Of a stretch of DNA of 64,000 nt, positions 22,996 to 37,304 are shown piece by piece (position 1 is the stretch's first letter; every line of letters begins with the position of its first letter). The translations under genes and the position numbers were made by a program. This stretch comes from Mobula hypostoma (lineage: Eukaryota): positions 89,282,001-89,346,000 of the forward strand of contig NC_086108.1 in NCBI RefSeq assembly GCF_963921235.1, written 5' to 3'. Under the pieces are notes generated by a model. That model ran no database searches and was not told where the DNA came from. It worked only from the letters and a program-made list of their open reading frames with translations.

Positions 22996-24924
22996 ATAAA
23001 ATCAGATGTTAAACATGCGATTACTTGTCCACTGACTGCAATCATTTTCAAGTGTCCTTGATAGTTTTTTCAGCAATTAATGCTAGTATTGGATAAATAT
23101 TTGACTATCCCAATTTTTCCACAATGGAAGTTTAGGATCTTTTTCTTTCCAAGACTGCTTTCATCCCTGAAATTTCAGACAGAGCCAAAAGTCCATGTGT
23201 TTATGTACTCTAACCATACTTCAAGTCTCCAGGGCCAATTACACAGTTCTGAAAAGTTAAAGAAACTTCTGTTGGTACAAATTGGTATTGAATGATTAAA
23301 TATAGTCAGGAAAACCATACGAGGACCTTCAAATCAGCATTAACTACTGTGGCCTCTTGCTAGTTGACCTTCAGATGTTGTATAAATCGCACGAGCACAA
23401 GTGGTACAATTAAAGGGGAGGCAAGTTAAGAGGAGATTTAATGGAGGAGTTCCAAACTATTTAAGATTTTGATAGTGTGAAATTATTTCCATTAGCAGAA
23501 CTCTTGCTTACCAGGGGCAACTGGAAGTGAGGTGAGGATTTGTCTTAATGAATCATGGTGCTTCTCCACATTAATTATCAAAAGGCTTTAGCACCTGAAT
23601 AGAATATGGTGCAGACTGATTGGGAGTGAGCAGTTTTTTGGAATATTGGTATCATTGGCTACCTCTAATTTGTTGCTACCTCTAATTTTTCTTGTAAACC
23701 ATCTGCTTAAACCATTCTAATCCTGGTAAAGATTCTCCCACATTGTTACTAAATAAGGAGTTGCAACAAAGATGAAGGAATGTCAATACATGTCTAAGTG
23801 AAGAAATGGTGCAGCCTAGAAGGAAACGTGAAAGTGCTGGTATTCCCAGGTACCTAATGCTCATGCTGTTCTTGATGATGGAAGTTGTGGGTTTGTGAGG
23901 TTCTTTCGGTTGAGGGTAGAGGACACAAACTCAATTTTACACTCTAGTGGCAGTGGAAGGAAATATTTATGGTGCTGGGTGAGGTATCAGCCAACCAGGC
24001 TGCTTTGTCCCCAATAGTGTCAAGCCTTTTAAATATTGTGTGGGTGTACCCATCCAGGCAAGTCTGACCCATGCCTTATAGATGGTGGAAGAGTGGTGAT
24101 TCATTCTCCACAGGATACCCAATCTCTGATCTGCTCCTGTGGCCACAGTATTTATGTACTTGGTCTAGCTGGGTGTTTGGTCAATGCTGACCCTAGGATA
24201 GGAAGGATAGGTGGCTTCAAGTTGGTAATGGCTTTGAATATCAAAGGAAGACTTTCAGCATACCTTTGATCAAAGCGTGGCTTTTATTTGCCTCTGTCTG
24301 AATGTTGTCATAATGCCATAATTGGCCAAATGGTCACTGTCTTTCTTGTATCATCTATAATAAACAGCAGTAGTACTGATGTGGAGAATCAAGGGGCACA
24401 AGATTCAACAAGGTTATAAAGGGAATATGCTTGCTAATGAGTAATTATTTCCCTTGGACTAGTGTTAATTCTGTATTCTCCAAGCTTGGAGCGGGGTCAG
24501 TCTTGAGGAGGAAGGAATTGTAATATACAGAAGGCAAGTGTCTTTCAGGCTAGTACTTATTCAATGTGACCTGTTGGTTTCTACCAACTGTAGAGTTCGG
24601 AGGATTTTTTTTTTGGGAGCATTTTTATTGAGTCTGATATTTTATTGAACCCTTCATAGTGGGGAATGGGTGTGATCAATCTGGAGATGGAAGAGGCATA
24701 ATGATTCCAACTTCATAGCACATGACAGGAAGGTGAACTACTTATTCAATATCTGCCTATTCGTTTTTTTTTAAATATGGGTTGTAATTCTTTCAATTTG
24801 CACAGCAATCTGCGAGTGAGGCAAGCAATTAATGTTCACAAGCAGATTAAGATCTTATTCACACGTTACAATTAGGTTATGTTTCTTTCATTTCAAACCA
24901 AGCAAGGCAGTACCAGTTACTTAC

Positions 24925-24982
24925 TGAAACATATACAGCTGCAAAGGCTGCAAGTGTGGCATGCTGTGATGGAAAGGATTTC
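24925..24982 (-). CDS. PLPPR4: PLPPR4 coding exon, 58 nt (C2-like motif SFPSQH)
   Basis: tttgcag|G AAA TCC TTT CCA TCA CAG CAT ... TCA|gtaagt gives (R)KSFPSQHATLAAFAAVYVS. Phases fit both neighbours. Not in the ORF track. Confidence 0.95.
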
Positions 24983-25039
24983 CTGCAAAGAGAAAATAAA
25001 ATACTCCTGACGTCTTACATATTCATGTACATATGAACA

Positions 25040-26144
25040 TGCTTATGATTTAGGAACAAGAATGGGTTACATTTCCCTTTAAGCCTTCTCTGCCAATTAA
25101 TAAGACCATGGCTGTCTGATGTATGCCCAGCTCTGCGTTTTCATTTGCATACTTGTTTATCAAGCACATATCTACCTTTGCCTTGTAGAATCTACTTTCA
25201 ATGACCATTGAGAAAGTTTTAAACACTTGCGAACCTTTGAGGAAATGTTGTCTCTCATCTCTGCGTTAAATGGGTAACCAGTAATTAAATAGTGACCCCC
25301 CCCCCACTCCCAGTTCTAGATTTTACCACAAGAAACATCCTCTCCACATTCAACCTGTCAAGACCCATCTGGATCTTACATGTTTCAGTTGAGTCTCCTC
25401 TTCTTCTTCTAAACTCCAACAGATACAAACAAAAGAATTCTTCATAAAATAACTGACATATACTAGGGTATGAGTGTAGTAAACTTCTGAATTGGTCCCC
25501 ATGCACTAATGTCCTCACTGAATCACTGTAATCCACCCCAAGCAATAAAACCTCAATATTATGATAACTTACCTAATTATGCACTGTACCTTCTGAGAAT
25601 CATACATTAAGACATGCAGCTTCCTCTGCATTTCAGAGCATTTCAACCTCTCCATTTAAATAACATGCCTTGCTTTTATTTAATTTTCCTACCAAAATGG
25701 ACAATTTAATTTTCAGCTCCAATTGCCACTTCTTTGCTGACTCACTTAATCCCCCTATATCCCCTTGTAGTTTCCTTAAATTCTCCTGACAATTTATTAT
25801 CCTGCTAATCTTTGAGTAGGCAGTTAGGATTGCAATCACTCCTTCATTACTTTCATTCAAGTAATTTATATCTTGACAATTAGAGAAAGAATATATATCT
25901 TCCCTCCATTTCCTGAGATTTATCAGTCTCAACAACTTACTTAGCACCACTCCCTAATGGTTAAAGATTTCCCGAGCTGACCCTCCAAATCTCTCAATTG
26001 TATTTCCCAATTAACAACTATTTCTGGATATTACTTGCATCCTCTGTACAGGGGCAAAACTGATACAACATACTTGTTTAATTCATTGGCCATTTCCTTG
26101 TACTCCATTAATTTCCCCAGACACACTCTCTACGGGATTGACAC
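25040..26144 (-). mobile_element. Old CR1 remnant
   Basis: ORF fragments LEFRRRRGD..ETCKI..GLDRL (25285..25545) and LQGDI..L.E.AKKWQL (25633..25950). Confidence 0.65.
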
Positions 26145-26758
26145 CACTGTTTCTTTTAAGCTGCGCAAGTGTGCATCCGCCCAGTAACTAAGATGTTCCC
26201 CGCACGTAGCCTTTGCTGCTCTGCAACTGGAATTTTCTCCCATATAAAGTCAATATAACTTTGAAATTATGTTAATAGAACTTTGAAAAGTATGTTAATA
26301 TAATTTTGAAATCTATCTCAATTGTGAAATTTCTTGTAATTAATTGTGTTAATGAATATAATCCATAAATTTTCTAAATAATAAATGTACCAGAACCTTT
26401 ACTTTATTTTAGAGCTTCAGCATATTTACATTGTCAGTGTTTCAAGTTACAACACTGTTACAAATTGTAACAATAAGCAAGAATGGAAGTCGGTAGCTCA
26501 TTGTTAATAAACTGCTGGCCCGCTGAATGCAGATGCCATCTAGTCAAAACATTTTACTTTTGCCATTGTGACTGTCAGTTGTATTTACTGCCTGACATCA
26601 TTTACTATGATCTGAGTTGTGGTTTGTGTTTGTTTGATGTGCCTATTACAAAAAAAAAGATCTTTTAAAGCGCCACGGTTTTCAAGATGGGTAAAAATGT
26701 CCTGCTCAGAACAATTGCTGGCCCGAGCAGCTGTAAAAAAAAAATTGATGAAACATTG
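26145..26758. mobile_element. hAT-type MITE with 8-bp TSD
   Basis: TSD ATTGACAC (26137-26144) / ATTGGCAC (26759-26766), with imperfect TIRs CACTGTTTC.../...GAAACATTG. Confidence 0.65.
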
Positions 26759-28982
26759 ATTGGCACTCTATTTTAAAAATATCAATGGAAACTCCTGCAA
26801 TCTGCTATTATAGTTTCATTTAGAAAGTTAAGAGTGGTTGAAACAATTTATTCTTCAGGGATAAGTTGTTTTTTTAGCTACATTGTGTTTGCCCAGTGTG
26901 GTCCAAACATTTAACTGTGCAGTAGCCTAAGAAGAAACAATTACTTAATTGCTGCATAAAATGCCAGCACTAACTTAATAAAGTTTAATTAATTTATCTA
27001 ATATTAACCTGATATATTGGATTATGTACATTTTTATAATGTATGTGTATATTTTACATAAACTTAACTACTAATTAAAAAACAGATTATTTTCTTAAGA
27101 AGCAACTTCATAAATTCTGAAGAACATAGGAAATAAACAAATGATTCTTTGGTTAGTTGTAAATTATGTAGGGCATATTTTTTCGATGACAATAAACTTA
27201 TCATTTTCTGTGACAATTAATTATTTTTTGCAACTTGAAAAATATAATATGATTTACTAAAGATGCTAATAATATTTTACCATTACATGTAGAGTTTATT
27301 GATCATTAATTTAAAGATAATACACAGTTTTCACACTGTGCATCTTTATTAGCAATTAATATGACATTGAAAAAATCTCTAACAAGAAACAAAATAATGA
27401 TTAAAATATTTTCAATCATGCCATTATTGTTGAATTTGTAGGTTTCCTTCTACTTGGAGTAGCAATGTGAAATAGCTAAAGTCTGGATTTAAGATAGTAT
27501 CTGGTTCAATGATTCTATTACAGAACCTTATGTTTGTCTATTTTAAATATTGGATTTTGAACAATGACCAATACTTTTTAACTACAATATTCTGAAAGGT
27601 CAATGCTAAAAAATATCATGACTGCAAAATAATTGTGACACAGCAATGTCCGGTTGAAAGAATATATGGGCATAATAATTATGTACATTGTGTCACTTTA
27701 AAATAAGCTATTATTCTTGCCTCTAAACTATTCTCTAAATTTTGCCTTTAATTACATAATCAGGAAAGAACATTTCACCAACCCATCAAGAGAATTCTGG
27801 TTGGTATCTGAATAATCTTAATCTAATCAAACTATAGATTTCTTTCAGAGGCAAAGTAATTGATATTACTTTTGGGATGGTGTGACTTGGCATCCATAAA
27901 ATACATCCACAGTAAATTATAGCTAAAAAATAAATTTATTTATTCCATACATTCTTAAGATTTAATTAATTTACTCTATAAGAAAATAACCTGTGTCTTT
28001 TTAGTTAGTATTGGTTAAGTTATGAAAAATGTATGTATGCATTATAAAAAATGCAAATATACCAATTCATCGTTAGTACATCAATTAATTAAACTTTATC
28101 CTCAAGTTTTGAATCAATGAAAAATTGCTCATCTTGAAACTGTAAAATTCCTATTTATCAAGCCAGGCTTCTTTAATTTCAAATATTGTGTATTAAGCAA
28201 GGAAAGAGATACCAATGGTGAGAATGGTCTATTTTCCTGTACTGTAGCTTTTGAACAATGCACAATGATTTTCACTTATTCCTGCATACAGCACAGAAGG
28301 AGGCCACACAGCCATTTATCTATGCCAGCTCTCATAAAAATTGAATCATTCCCATTCCTCCACCTGCTTCCCTCTAATCTGCTCTCTTTCACATGCCTGT
28401 AATTCGCCTGATTTTCCTGCCACCCACCTAGAGCACGAATAAGTAATTTCGATACCAGTTTGCAGTAGTCAATTATCTTTACCATGGAAGCACTGTGCTA
28501 ACAATGATAGCAATTCACAACAACATCTCAAGACCATTGCAAACATGAAAATTAGGAACACAAAATATATATCTGTGTTCCATCAACATTATTGTGCATA
28601 AATCCTGGAACTCCTTGGCCAATAGGTGTGTGGGAGAGCCATCACCAGGAGTGCTTCAGCATAAGGTAGCTCACCAGCACCTCCTTGTAAATTGGTAAAC
28701 TGGTAATGGCCAAGAAAGTGCCCAGTGCCTCTCCTGCATTAGGAAATTCAATTAAATTTGACACGTACTCACATAGATTTTTATACTGTAGATGCACTAT
28801 AGAAACTATCCTGCCTGAGCCCACTAGAATCTGCAGAGAGTCATGCCACAGCTCAGCACATCAAAAGGACTAAGTTCCCTCTCACTGCCTGAGTAAAGCA
28901 GTTAACATAACCAAAGACCCTTCCCACCCCAGGCATTCTCTCTTCACTGCCCTCTCATTGAGTAGAAGATACAAAAGCCAAA

Positions 28983-29882
28983 TGTCACGGTCCGGTCGGT
29001 TGACTCCTCATTTCAGTTAATTTCCTTTCCCCCGTGTTCCACTGGGCTCCTTGATTAGAGCACCTGATCCTCATTCGAACCGGCAGCACAAAACTCCAGC
29101 TTACATCTACTCGCTGCTGGTTCGTCACTGTTGCCAGTGCGGCTGTGCTTGTCCCGGGGCCGCCGAAAATCGTGGACTCTAAGTTGCTTCGGTGCCTGTG
29201 GCTGTTTAATGAATTCAGTCGTTTTCGTGTCCTGCTGAGTTGCCAGCCGTTTTACCGCTACTCTGAGTCAAGATGCAAATTCTGTCATTTTCATGTCTGG
29301 CTGAGATTTGCTGGGCGATTGCCGCCACTCCGAACCAAGATACAAATGGACTGTCATTGTTTGTTTTTTGTCGTCTTGTTTCCAGCTGAGTAGGTTTGCC
29401 GTTACTCCGAGTTGGGAATTCTGTCTCTTGGTGTCCAGCTGAGTGATTGCCAGCCGTTTGCCGCTTCATGAGCTACTCCGTGTCAAGGTATGGGTTGTCT
29501 GTTGTTGTTTGGTTTGGCTGTCTCGGTTCCAGCTGAGAAGGTCTAGCCATTTGCCGCTACTCCAAGTTGGGTATTCTGTCTCTCCATGTCAGAGTCCAAG
29601 TTCAAGTCCAGGCTCTGGGTCCAAGTCCTAGTCCAAGTCCAGGCTCCAAGTCCAAGTCCAAGTCCAGGCTCCGTGTCCGAGTCCACGTCCAAGTCCAGGC
29701 TCCACGTCCAAATCGAAGTCCAAGCCAAGGCTCCTGTTTGTTGTCCCGCATCCTCATCCGCGTAAGCATTCTATCCTCGCTCCTCAGCTTTCCTGGCAAC
29801 TATTAACAAATACACTTCTGTTAATGCTACTTACGTGTCTGTGTCCTGCTCTCGGGTCCGCTCCCAGTCACCCATTGTAACA
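28983..29882. mobile_element. Gypsy-type solo LTR (900 bp) inserted in a Rex1-like 3' fragment (~28770-30060)
   Basis: TGTCAC...GTAACA termini, with a perfect 5-bp TSD CCAAA at 28978-28982 and 29883-29887. GC/CpG-rich and internally repetitive. Confidence 0.85.
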
Positions 29883-30261
29883 CCAAAAGGAATGTACCAG
29901 CAGGCTCGAGGATAGTTTCCATCTCACTGTTATAAGACTATTGACAGACCTCTTGCATGATAAAATGGACTCTTTATCTCACAATCGATCTCATCATGGC
30001 CTTGCACCTTATTGTCTGCTTTTCACTGTACCTCAGTACATGAGACAATAATAAAGCAATGTACCACTTTACCAGTATAGTATCTCAGATTGTGCTCCCA
30101 TCTCTGCAGACTCTGTGCTTGATCTCACAGCATTCAGTATGAATATAAATACTGAGCCAATGGTAGTGTAATTGCCGTTGGAGAAATATGGATATAACAT
30201 CCTACAACTATTAAAAATTTAGCAATTTATGTGAATGATTGGAGTATGGGGACCAAATTTA

Positions 30262-31010
30262 ATATTTCCAGCTTTGTTGACTGCACGAAAGATTGCCTCT
30301 ATGACTCTCAGTAGTATTGTGAAAAGAGTGGAGGATGCAAAGAGCCTGCAGGGAATATAGACCCACTGAGTGAGTGGGAGTGGGCAAGAACATGCTAGAT
30401 GCAATATAATATGAACAAATTGTGAAGTTATCCAAATTAATGAAATTTTAAATGATGAGAAATTTGGTGATGTTGATGTTCAAAGATACCCGTTGATTAC
30501 AACAGATGAATACCTTGTATACAAATCACTGACAGATGATGTGCAGGTGGAACAATTGATTAGGATTGCAAGTGACACGCAAGGCTTTATTACGTGAAGG
30601 GTTGATGCAGGGATAAAGATATCTAGGTACAATTATTAAAAAGGTCTTGTTGAAACTATACTTGGAATACTGCGAACAGTTTTGATTCCTTGAAGAAAAC
30701 AAAAAGGATATACATGTCACAGAAGTAGTGAGGGAAGATTGATCAGATTGTTTCCAGACATGAATGGATATGGAGAGAAGGCAGGAGCTTGGGGCTGAGA
30801 GGAAAATTGGATTAGCCATGCTGAAATGGTGAAGCACATTTGATGGGCCAAATGGCCTAAATCTGCTCCTATATCTTATGGTCTTATGGACGTGGTAAGT
30901 TTGTCAGATGAGAAGAGACTCAGTAGACCAAGTCCATATTCTCTAGCATTTAATATAATGAGAGGAGATCTCATAGAAACTAATGAAATTCACACACAGC
31001 TTGCCAAAAT
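30262..31010 (+). mobile_element. Old CR1 RT remnant containing a nested CR1 3' end (~30762-30889)
   Basis: Tail CTGCTCCTATATCTTATGGTCTTATGG at 30862-30889, with degenerate RT motifs on both sides. Confidence 0.6.
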
Positions 31011-31875
31011 GCACTGCTTGGTTTTATCTCCTCCCCAAGATCAACGAGCCTGACTGTTCCAGATAGACCCATAGTTTCTGCCTGCTCCTGCCCCACTGAA
31101 CTTGTATCTGCCTACCTGGACACCATTTTGTCACCCATAGTTCAGTCCCTCCCCACCTACATCCGGGATACATCCTATGCCCTCCACCTCTTCAATAACT
31201 TCCAGTTCCCTGGTCCCAACCGCTTCATTTTCACTCTGGATATCCAATCCTTATACACTTCCATTCCCCACCAAGATGGCCTCAAAGCCCTCCACTCTGG
31301 ATGATAGACCTCACCAGTTCCCCACCACCACTACCCTCCTCCGGTTGGTGGAACTGGTACTCACACTTAATAACGTCTCTTTTGGCTCTTCTCACTTTCT
31401 TCAGACCAAGGGTGTAACTATGGGCACTCGCATGGGCCCCAGCTATGCCTGCCTCTTCATTGGTTATGTGGAACATTCTATGCTCCAAACCTATACTGGT
31501 ACTGCTCCCCAACTTTTCCTTCGCTACATTGACGACTACATTGGTGCTGCTTCCGGTACCCATGCTGAGCTCGTCAATTTAATCGAATTCAAACTTCCAC
31601 CCAGCCCTCAAATTCACTTGGTCCATCTCGTACACTTCTCTCCTCTTTCTCGATCTCTTGGTCTCCATCTCTGGAGACAGACTGCCCACTGACTCTCATA
31701 ACTACCTCAACTATACCTCTTCCCACCCTGCAACAGGCAAAAATGCCATTCCCTATTCCCAGTTCCTCCATCTCCGCCGCATCTGCTCCCAGGATGAGGC
31801 TTTCCGTTCCAGGACATCTCAAATGTCCTCTTTCTTTAAGGATCATGGTTTCCCTTTTGCCATCATCAATGATTC
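31011..31875 (+). mobile_element. Penelope-like element reverse transcriptase fragment
   Basis: FYLLPKI near 31022, QTKGVTMGTRMGPSYACLF, RYIDD (31522-31536), then YLNYTSSHP..KNAIPYSQFLHLRRICS. Confidence 0.88.
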
Positions 31876-33849
31876 AAGTACAGCTTTTGGCCAAACCATT
31901 ACCTATTGCCAATTTTGAACCAGTGAGAAACTTTTCCCTCAAAGAATTTAAGGTGAATTTTGGGGAGTAGGTGCTTCTCAAAGTCCAACCCTACATCCCC
32001 ATCGTGAGAGATAGAAACAGGTAAGGCTGGTCAACAGACTTCTGGTGAAGCTGTATCGGCCACTCCCCTGTAGATACAATGGATTACAGAAACATTGATG
32101 AACTCCAACCATACCATCAACTTTGGATGATGGAAACAAGAGGTCATCAATGGCCTATGATCCACTGGGAGCTAAGGGCCCAAGAAGTAGAAGTGGGAGG
32201 AGAAGACAGGGCTGCCCTTCGTTATTCATCCTTCTCTATTCATAATCCTCTGCTCCTCTGAATCCCTGCTATTAAAATTTTTACAACAATTCTTGAGTAA
32301 AAGTTATCATTCTACTTTAAAAATGAAATACATTCCACCAGTTATTGAATTGTTCCAGCTAATTTAGCTTAACAAATGCTAAGATTAATAAATTTTTAGA
32401 ACTTATTCTGCACTCTATCTCTCCAGAGCCTCATTCTCAATATATATATATATATATTTTGCATTATTCTGGCCTAAACTGTTCTTCTCCAATTTATACA
32501 GCCTATGCAATCCTGTAACTGCCAATATCCTCTCTATTACATTGTTTATAATCTTTCCCTATTAACATTTCCTCTTAATAATAACTGTACATAAAACCTG
32601 TTTTTTTTTAACCAGATTCTCATTTGCCTCATCTAATGTATCTTCTTTTGTGAAATGACTATTCTCTTCATGCCTTGGGATGAATTGAGTATTAAAGTTG
32701 CAATAAAGTATAACTTATCGCTGAAAAAGCATGATGGGAAACCAGGAATGTGTCTATTTTGAAACAATCATGCCTCAGACAGGAACAAATTAGTTAAATA
32801 TGGAGAGTAGCTCCCTCCAGACAGCAATGACTATGTCCTATTGCTAATTACAGAGCATCTTCTAATGTAGCAGCATGATGTTCCATTTCCTAGATGAGCA
32901 TGTCAATATGATCTCTTCTCTTTTACAGTAGAATCAGACGGAATCTGTGTCTGGTTTAATTTTTTAAAAGTAGAAAAGTATATGTAAAGATGGAAAAGAA
33001 TTAAAATATGATCAACAAATGGTAATCCCTGGTATTGTTCATGTTTAATGGAAACAAAATGTAATTGCTGTCTGGATCTTAATTGTGATTAGCGTGGTCA
33101 GGTCGTACATCTTCATTATCAAACTGAGATTCTTGCAGGTTCTGATTAATGTTCCCCTTCACTATTCAGAAGACATCTGGTCATGCCAAGTCTCCAGAAT
33201 TTTGGGGACTTTACAAACTGCAGTTAAGATGCCAAATGCAGAGAGATGCTAAGACAGAGCAGTGTGCATTCTGTTAACCAGGGGTTCTTCCTCCTCTGGT
33301 ATATCTGAACAGATTATTAGCCTTCAGACAGCCAGCAGGGGCTAAATTGTTGTCTCATATTTCTCTGCCCTGGAGACATTAGAACCCACTGTTACACTTG
33401 CAAGTGTCTCGTTCGCTGAACTAAGTGAACTCTCTACTGGTTGGAGACAGAACAAAGTATTCGCTCATATGGATAACTTGGCTATTATTGATTAAAGTCA
33501 CATGATTATTGATACTGCTGGTCTTTAACATTTAAGGAGAAACATGGTCCTTAACATTAGAGAAAGAGTAAACAACATTTCATCAGTGTAAGTTGTTCCC
33601 ATCCGGTAGAGTAAGAACCGATGCACTCTCTCTACTTCATGGTATTCTTCCCAATATACTTAAGTAGCATCATTTGCATATTTAACTGCACTGGCACTGA
33701 TACAGGGCTGAATTAGGAACACTGGACTGTCAAACACCACTGTTAACCAACAAACAATCTGCTGGGAAACTCAGAGGGACAAGCAGCATCTGTGAAGGGA
33801 AAACAATTTGCTGATGTTTCAATCACAAACAAGAGAAATTCTGCAGATG

Positions 33850-34210
33850 GTGTCATTCAACGTGTATACTGCTAAACGAGACAATGTTCCTCTGGGACCA
33901 AGATGGAAAACACAGAACATAGTCATATACAGCACATAAACTAATATTAACAGATTTAAAAAGTGCCCTGTAGACGTACATGTTGACATAAAGAGCATAT
34001 ACAACATTTTTTTTTAAAACAGTATAATGCTAATAGTGCTGTCATAACTTGTGCATGGGTAGTAGCAGGATCTACCACAAATCTCACATCCTGAGGGAAG
34101 AAGCTGTTACCCAGCCTAACAGTCCTTACTCTTATACACTGTGGTACTTTCTGCCTGCTGGTAGAAGGTCAAAGAGATTGTGGGACAGATGGGAAGGGTC
34201 CTTGACAATG
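33850..34210 (-). mobile_element. Rex1/Babar-like 3' fragment inside a Penelope-type terminal remnant
   Basis: RALSIVKDPSHLSHNLFDLLPAGRKY (ORF 34132..34320). Confidence 0.6.
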
Positions 34211-35792
34211 CTGAGGGCTCTGCAAACATGGGTTGAATCCCTGCATCTAGAATGTAACAAGATGGTTCTGCAGGAGGAAGGATTGAAAGGAATGCATTTT
34301 GTCTCCATACTTGATGTCATGAATGAAGTAGGCAGTCACTTGGAAACAAGCCTTTATCAGTATGATCAGTAACTTCATCCTGTCATAGTCCCATTATTTA
34401 GAGAAATAATATTACTTGCACTTAATTACTGTCTAAAAGGGTTGATTGCATTTTAACAGTGACGAAGTGTCACATTTAGAAATGAATAAATGTTGTTGCA
34501 ATTAAATCATAATCTTCTTCAGTAGTTATCGTGTATAGAATTGTTGACATTACTCAGTTCCAGCTTTAATAGCAACAGATGAGCACCAAGTCAACTTTTT
34601 TTCTCTTTTTTTTCAGTTTTGATAATTAAAATTTTAACTGCATTCAAATACTTGGCATGAAGATTTCCTCTCAGTTTCATGACTACATTGCTACCACTAA
34701 TTATGACTAATTTTGCAAATGAAAAAGGAAATTTGCAAGTGACAGAGTCATTGTTACATTCTTACTGTTTGCATCAAGGCAAAATTCAGGCTCTATTCAA
34801 ATCATTTCAAGCTACTGCTAGCTAAGTTTATCATGTCTTGTTTGCCTTGAACATATGTTGAATAAGCACCACCCGTGGTTGTCGCTCTGCGCTTTCTAAT
34901 TTAGTAAGTCAGTGGAAATGATTGTGGAGACGAAGGTACACTTCACATTCTGTACTCCTCAATCATTAATGAACAGGAACAAAATTCTTCACCACTTTTT
35001 TTGAGCTTTGGTGTCAGAAGCTGATACTGTTATAATCTTTCTACAGATTCTTTCCTCATACTGCCAGTTAGTTTATGTAAATGGAACAGCCTGGCACACA
35101 TCTTAATGAAATGAAACATAGTTGTTTCCAATACTGACATCTACCCTTATGGACAATGGCTTCCAATAAGTTGTATTAATCATTCTTCCTGGAGATATTG
35201 TTCATTTTGTACACTTGATGGAATGGCAATCTATCCTTCCGGCTCAGTGAGGATAACAACTTACAGTAGAAATTTTCTTCATGGACATTTGACATATAAT
35301 AATGATTGTTCAGAACTAATTTGACAATGACATTGATTTTAATGTCTCAAGACAGGAGAGGAATAAAAATGAAATGTAGATGCCTGACATTTAGAGATTT
35401 TCCTGGCCACCACTGCTACGGGCTTCAGTGCAGCCAGAGTAAAGAAAATATTCAGATTGTTTTATAGACCACATTCCCCAAAATACAAAATAGTTCTGAC
35501 TTGAATTTACCTAAGTGAGTTACAACTATTGAAAAAGAACAGTGGGGAATTTCTCAATATACAGTACTTGAGAGCTCTCCTGAGAGAAGGGTAAGGTCAT
35601 TTTTATTATAGAAAACCTTGCAATGAACCTATCTAAGTGTGTTTTAATACTTTAATAACCATGAAGTGAAAGATGCCTTATTCTTGTGCATTAATTTTGA
35701 AATGAGGCAACCAGTGGTGTATAATATTCTTATATCAAGCACAGAGAAAATAAGCAGCTTCTTGATAGATAAAATAAAATGTGAATTCTAAC

Positions 35793-35988
35793 CTGCCAGC
35801 GTTAATGATAGAAGGATCAGATCCTGTGCAGATATCTTCCACAACGTATGGATTTTCTTCACAGGAGGTATTTAGCGATGTATAATTAGGCTTACACACT
35901 GTAAGAAAATATGGGGCATGGTACCCGGTTGACAGCTGAATAATGTCAGTGATGAGAGCAGTGGCACAAAGGCCAAACACATGAACTC
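35793..35988 (-). CDS. PLPPR4: PLPPR4 coding exon, 196 nt
   Basis: tag|GA GTT CAT ... GGC AG|gttaga. Reads (G)[64 protein letters not shown](R). Confidence 0.96.
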
Positions 35989-37304
35989 CTAGAACACTCA
36001 AGAGAAATCAAAAATAATTAGCATGAGCATTTTAATCTCCTGGTGCTAACTCAAAATCATTTTGCACATTTGTCTTTACCCAAAATAGCAGTGAATTAAT
36101 GGCAATAATATCAAAGATACCGAAATACCACTTGGAAACATTATTAGTCCAAACAGAGAGAATTTAAGAGTTGATATTAAATTGTGCAAAGTAGACATAT
36201 ACCTGCTTCTATACAATTTTACTGCAATATTTTATGTTAAGCCAGATATATTTTCTTCTACAATTTTTCTTATTAAAGGTAATAATTGGAATTGCGACAT
36301 TCTGTGTAAACTCAGCTAAATAGTTAAAATATATTACACACAAAGGACGTTTTTACATATTTTTTACATAGTTTATTTTCATTAAGAATTCCAGCAAAAA
36401 TAAGAAACACAACTAAAGAATTAGAAAATGATTACTTTTACTTATTTACATCAGTTTGGTGCAGAAAGTTTCTCCATTAAATAATTTTCCCCATTTCTCA
36501 TTTTCTTCTTTAAACACTAGAAAAAGCACAATACTTTGAGCATATTGCTCACTGTAAAATATGCCTGCTAAAATAGGAATAGATTTTGAACAACACATTT
36601 GTATGACAAATAACATTTTATTGAAAAAAAAAGAAAAACTAAATTGGATTTGAGCCCAAATGAAAAGTGTTATTTATTTGCATTAATTAATATTTAATGC
36701 TAGGATAATCACAAGAAGAAAATAGTCAATTTCCTTACTTTTTTTTGTTTAGGATGTTGTAAGTCATTTATACATTTCAGATGTTTACAATCCTGTATAC
36801 TGCACTGAGAAAAATTTCAAAGAACATTCAGCAAACATTGTGATCTCTGTGTATCTGTGTTGTTACACTCAAACTATACCCTGGGACACAATATAATGCT
36901 TTAGTGCAGCAGATTTAAACAACATGGATAACTATTCATAGCATGATAAGTTTCACTTTCATGAAAAGTTTTTAGAATATTTGAATTGGGCTCTTAAATC
37001 TAGATGTATGTTAAAGGAAATGTTTCCAAGTATAAAATTAATAGATTTAAATGTACGTTCTGTAACTCGGCACAGAATAGATGGGTCTATAAGTCTATAG
37101 CAATTAAAATTATTTTACTTGATCCTGGAGAATGCTTCCAAAATTTTGAATTCGGGTAGAAACTTGTATTAAATAATTATAGCTATGCTATGTAATTTAC
37201 TTCCAAACTTTGATTCTATTTATGATAATAAAACTAAACATGATTTGGCCATGGAATCCTGTGTACTTTCTTCAGTATTCTTAAGATGATAACTGACTCA
37301 GACA

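Noticed and set aside
29234..29590. Spaced repeats superficially like a CRISPR array
   Set aside because: Units are degenerate, the spacers resemble each other, the array is inside a eukaryotic solo LTR, and there are no cas genes.
29543..29806. Dipeptide-repeat ORFs (WTWT, SPSP, LDLD)
   Set aside because: Translations of the hexamer microsatellite in the LTR.
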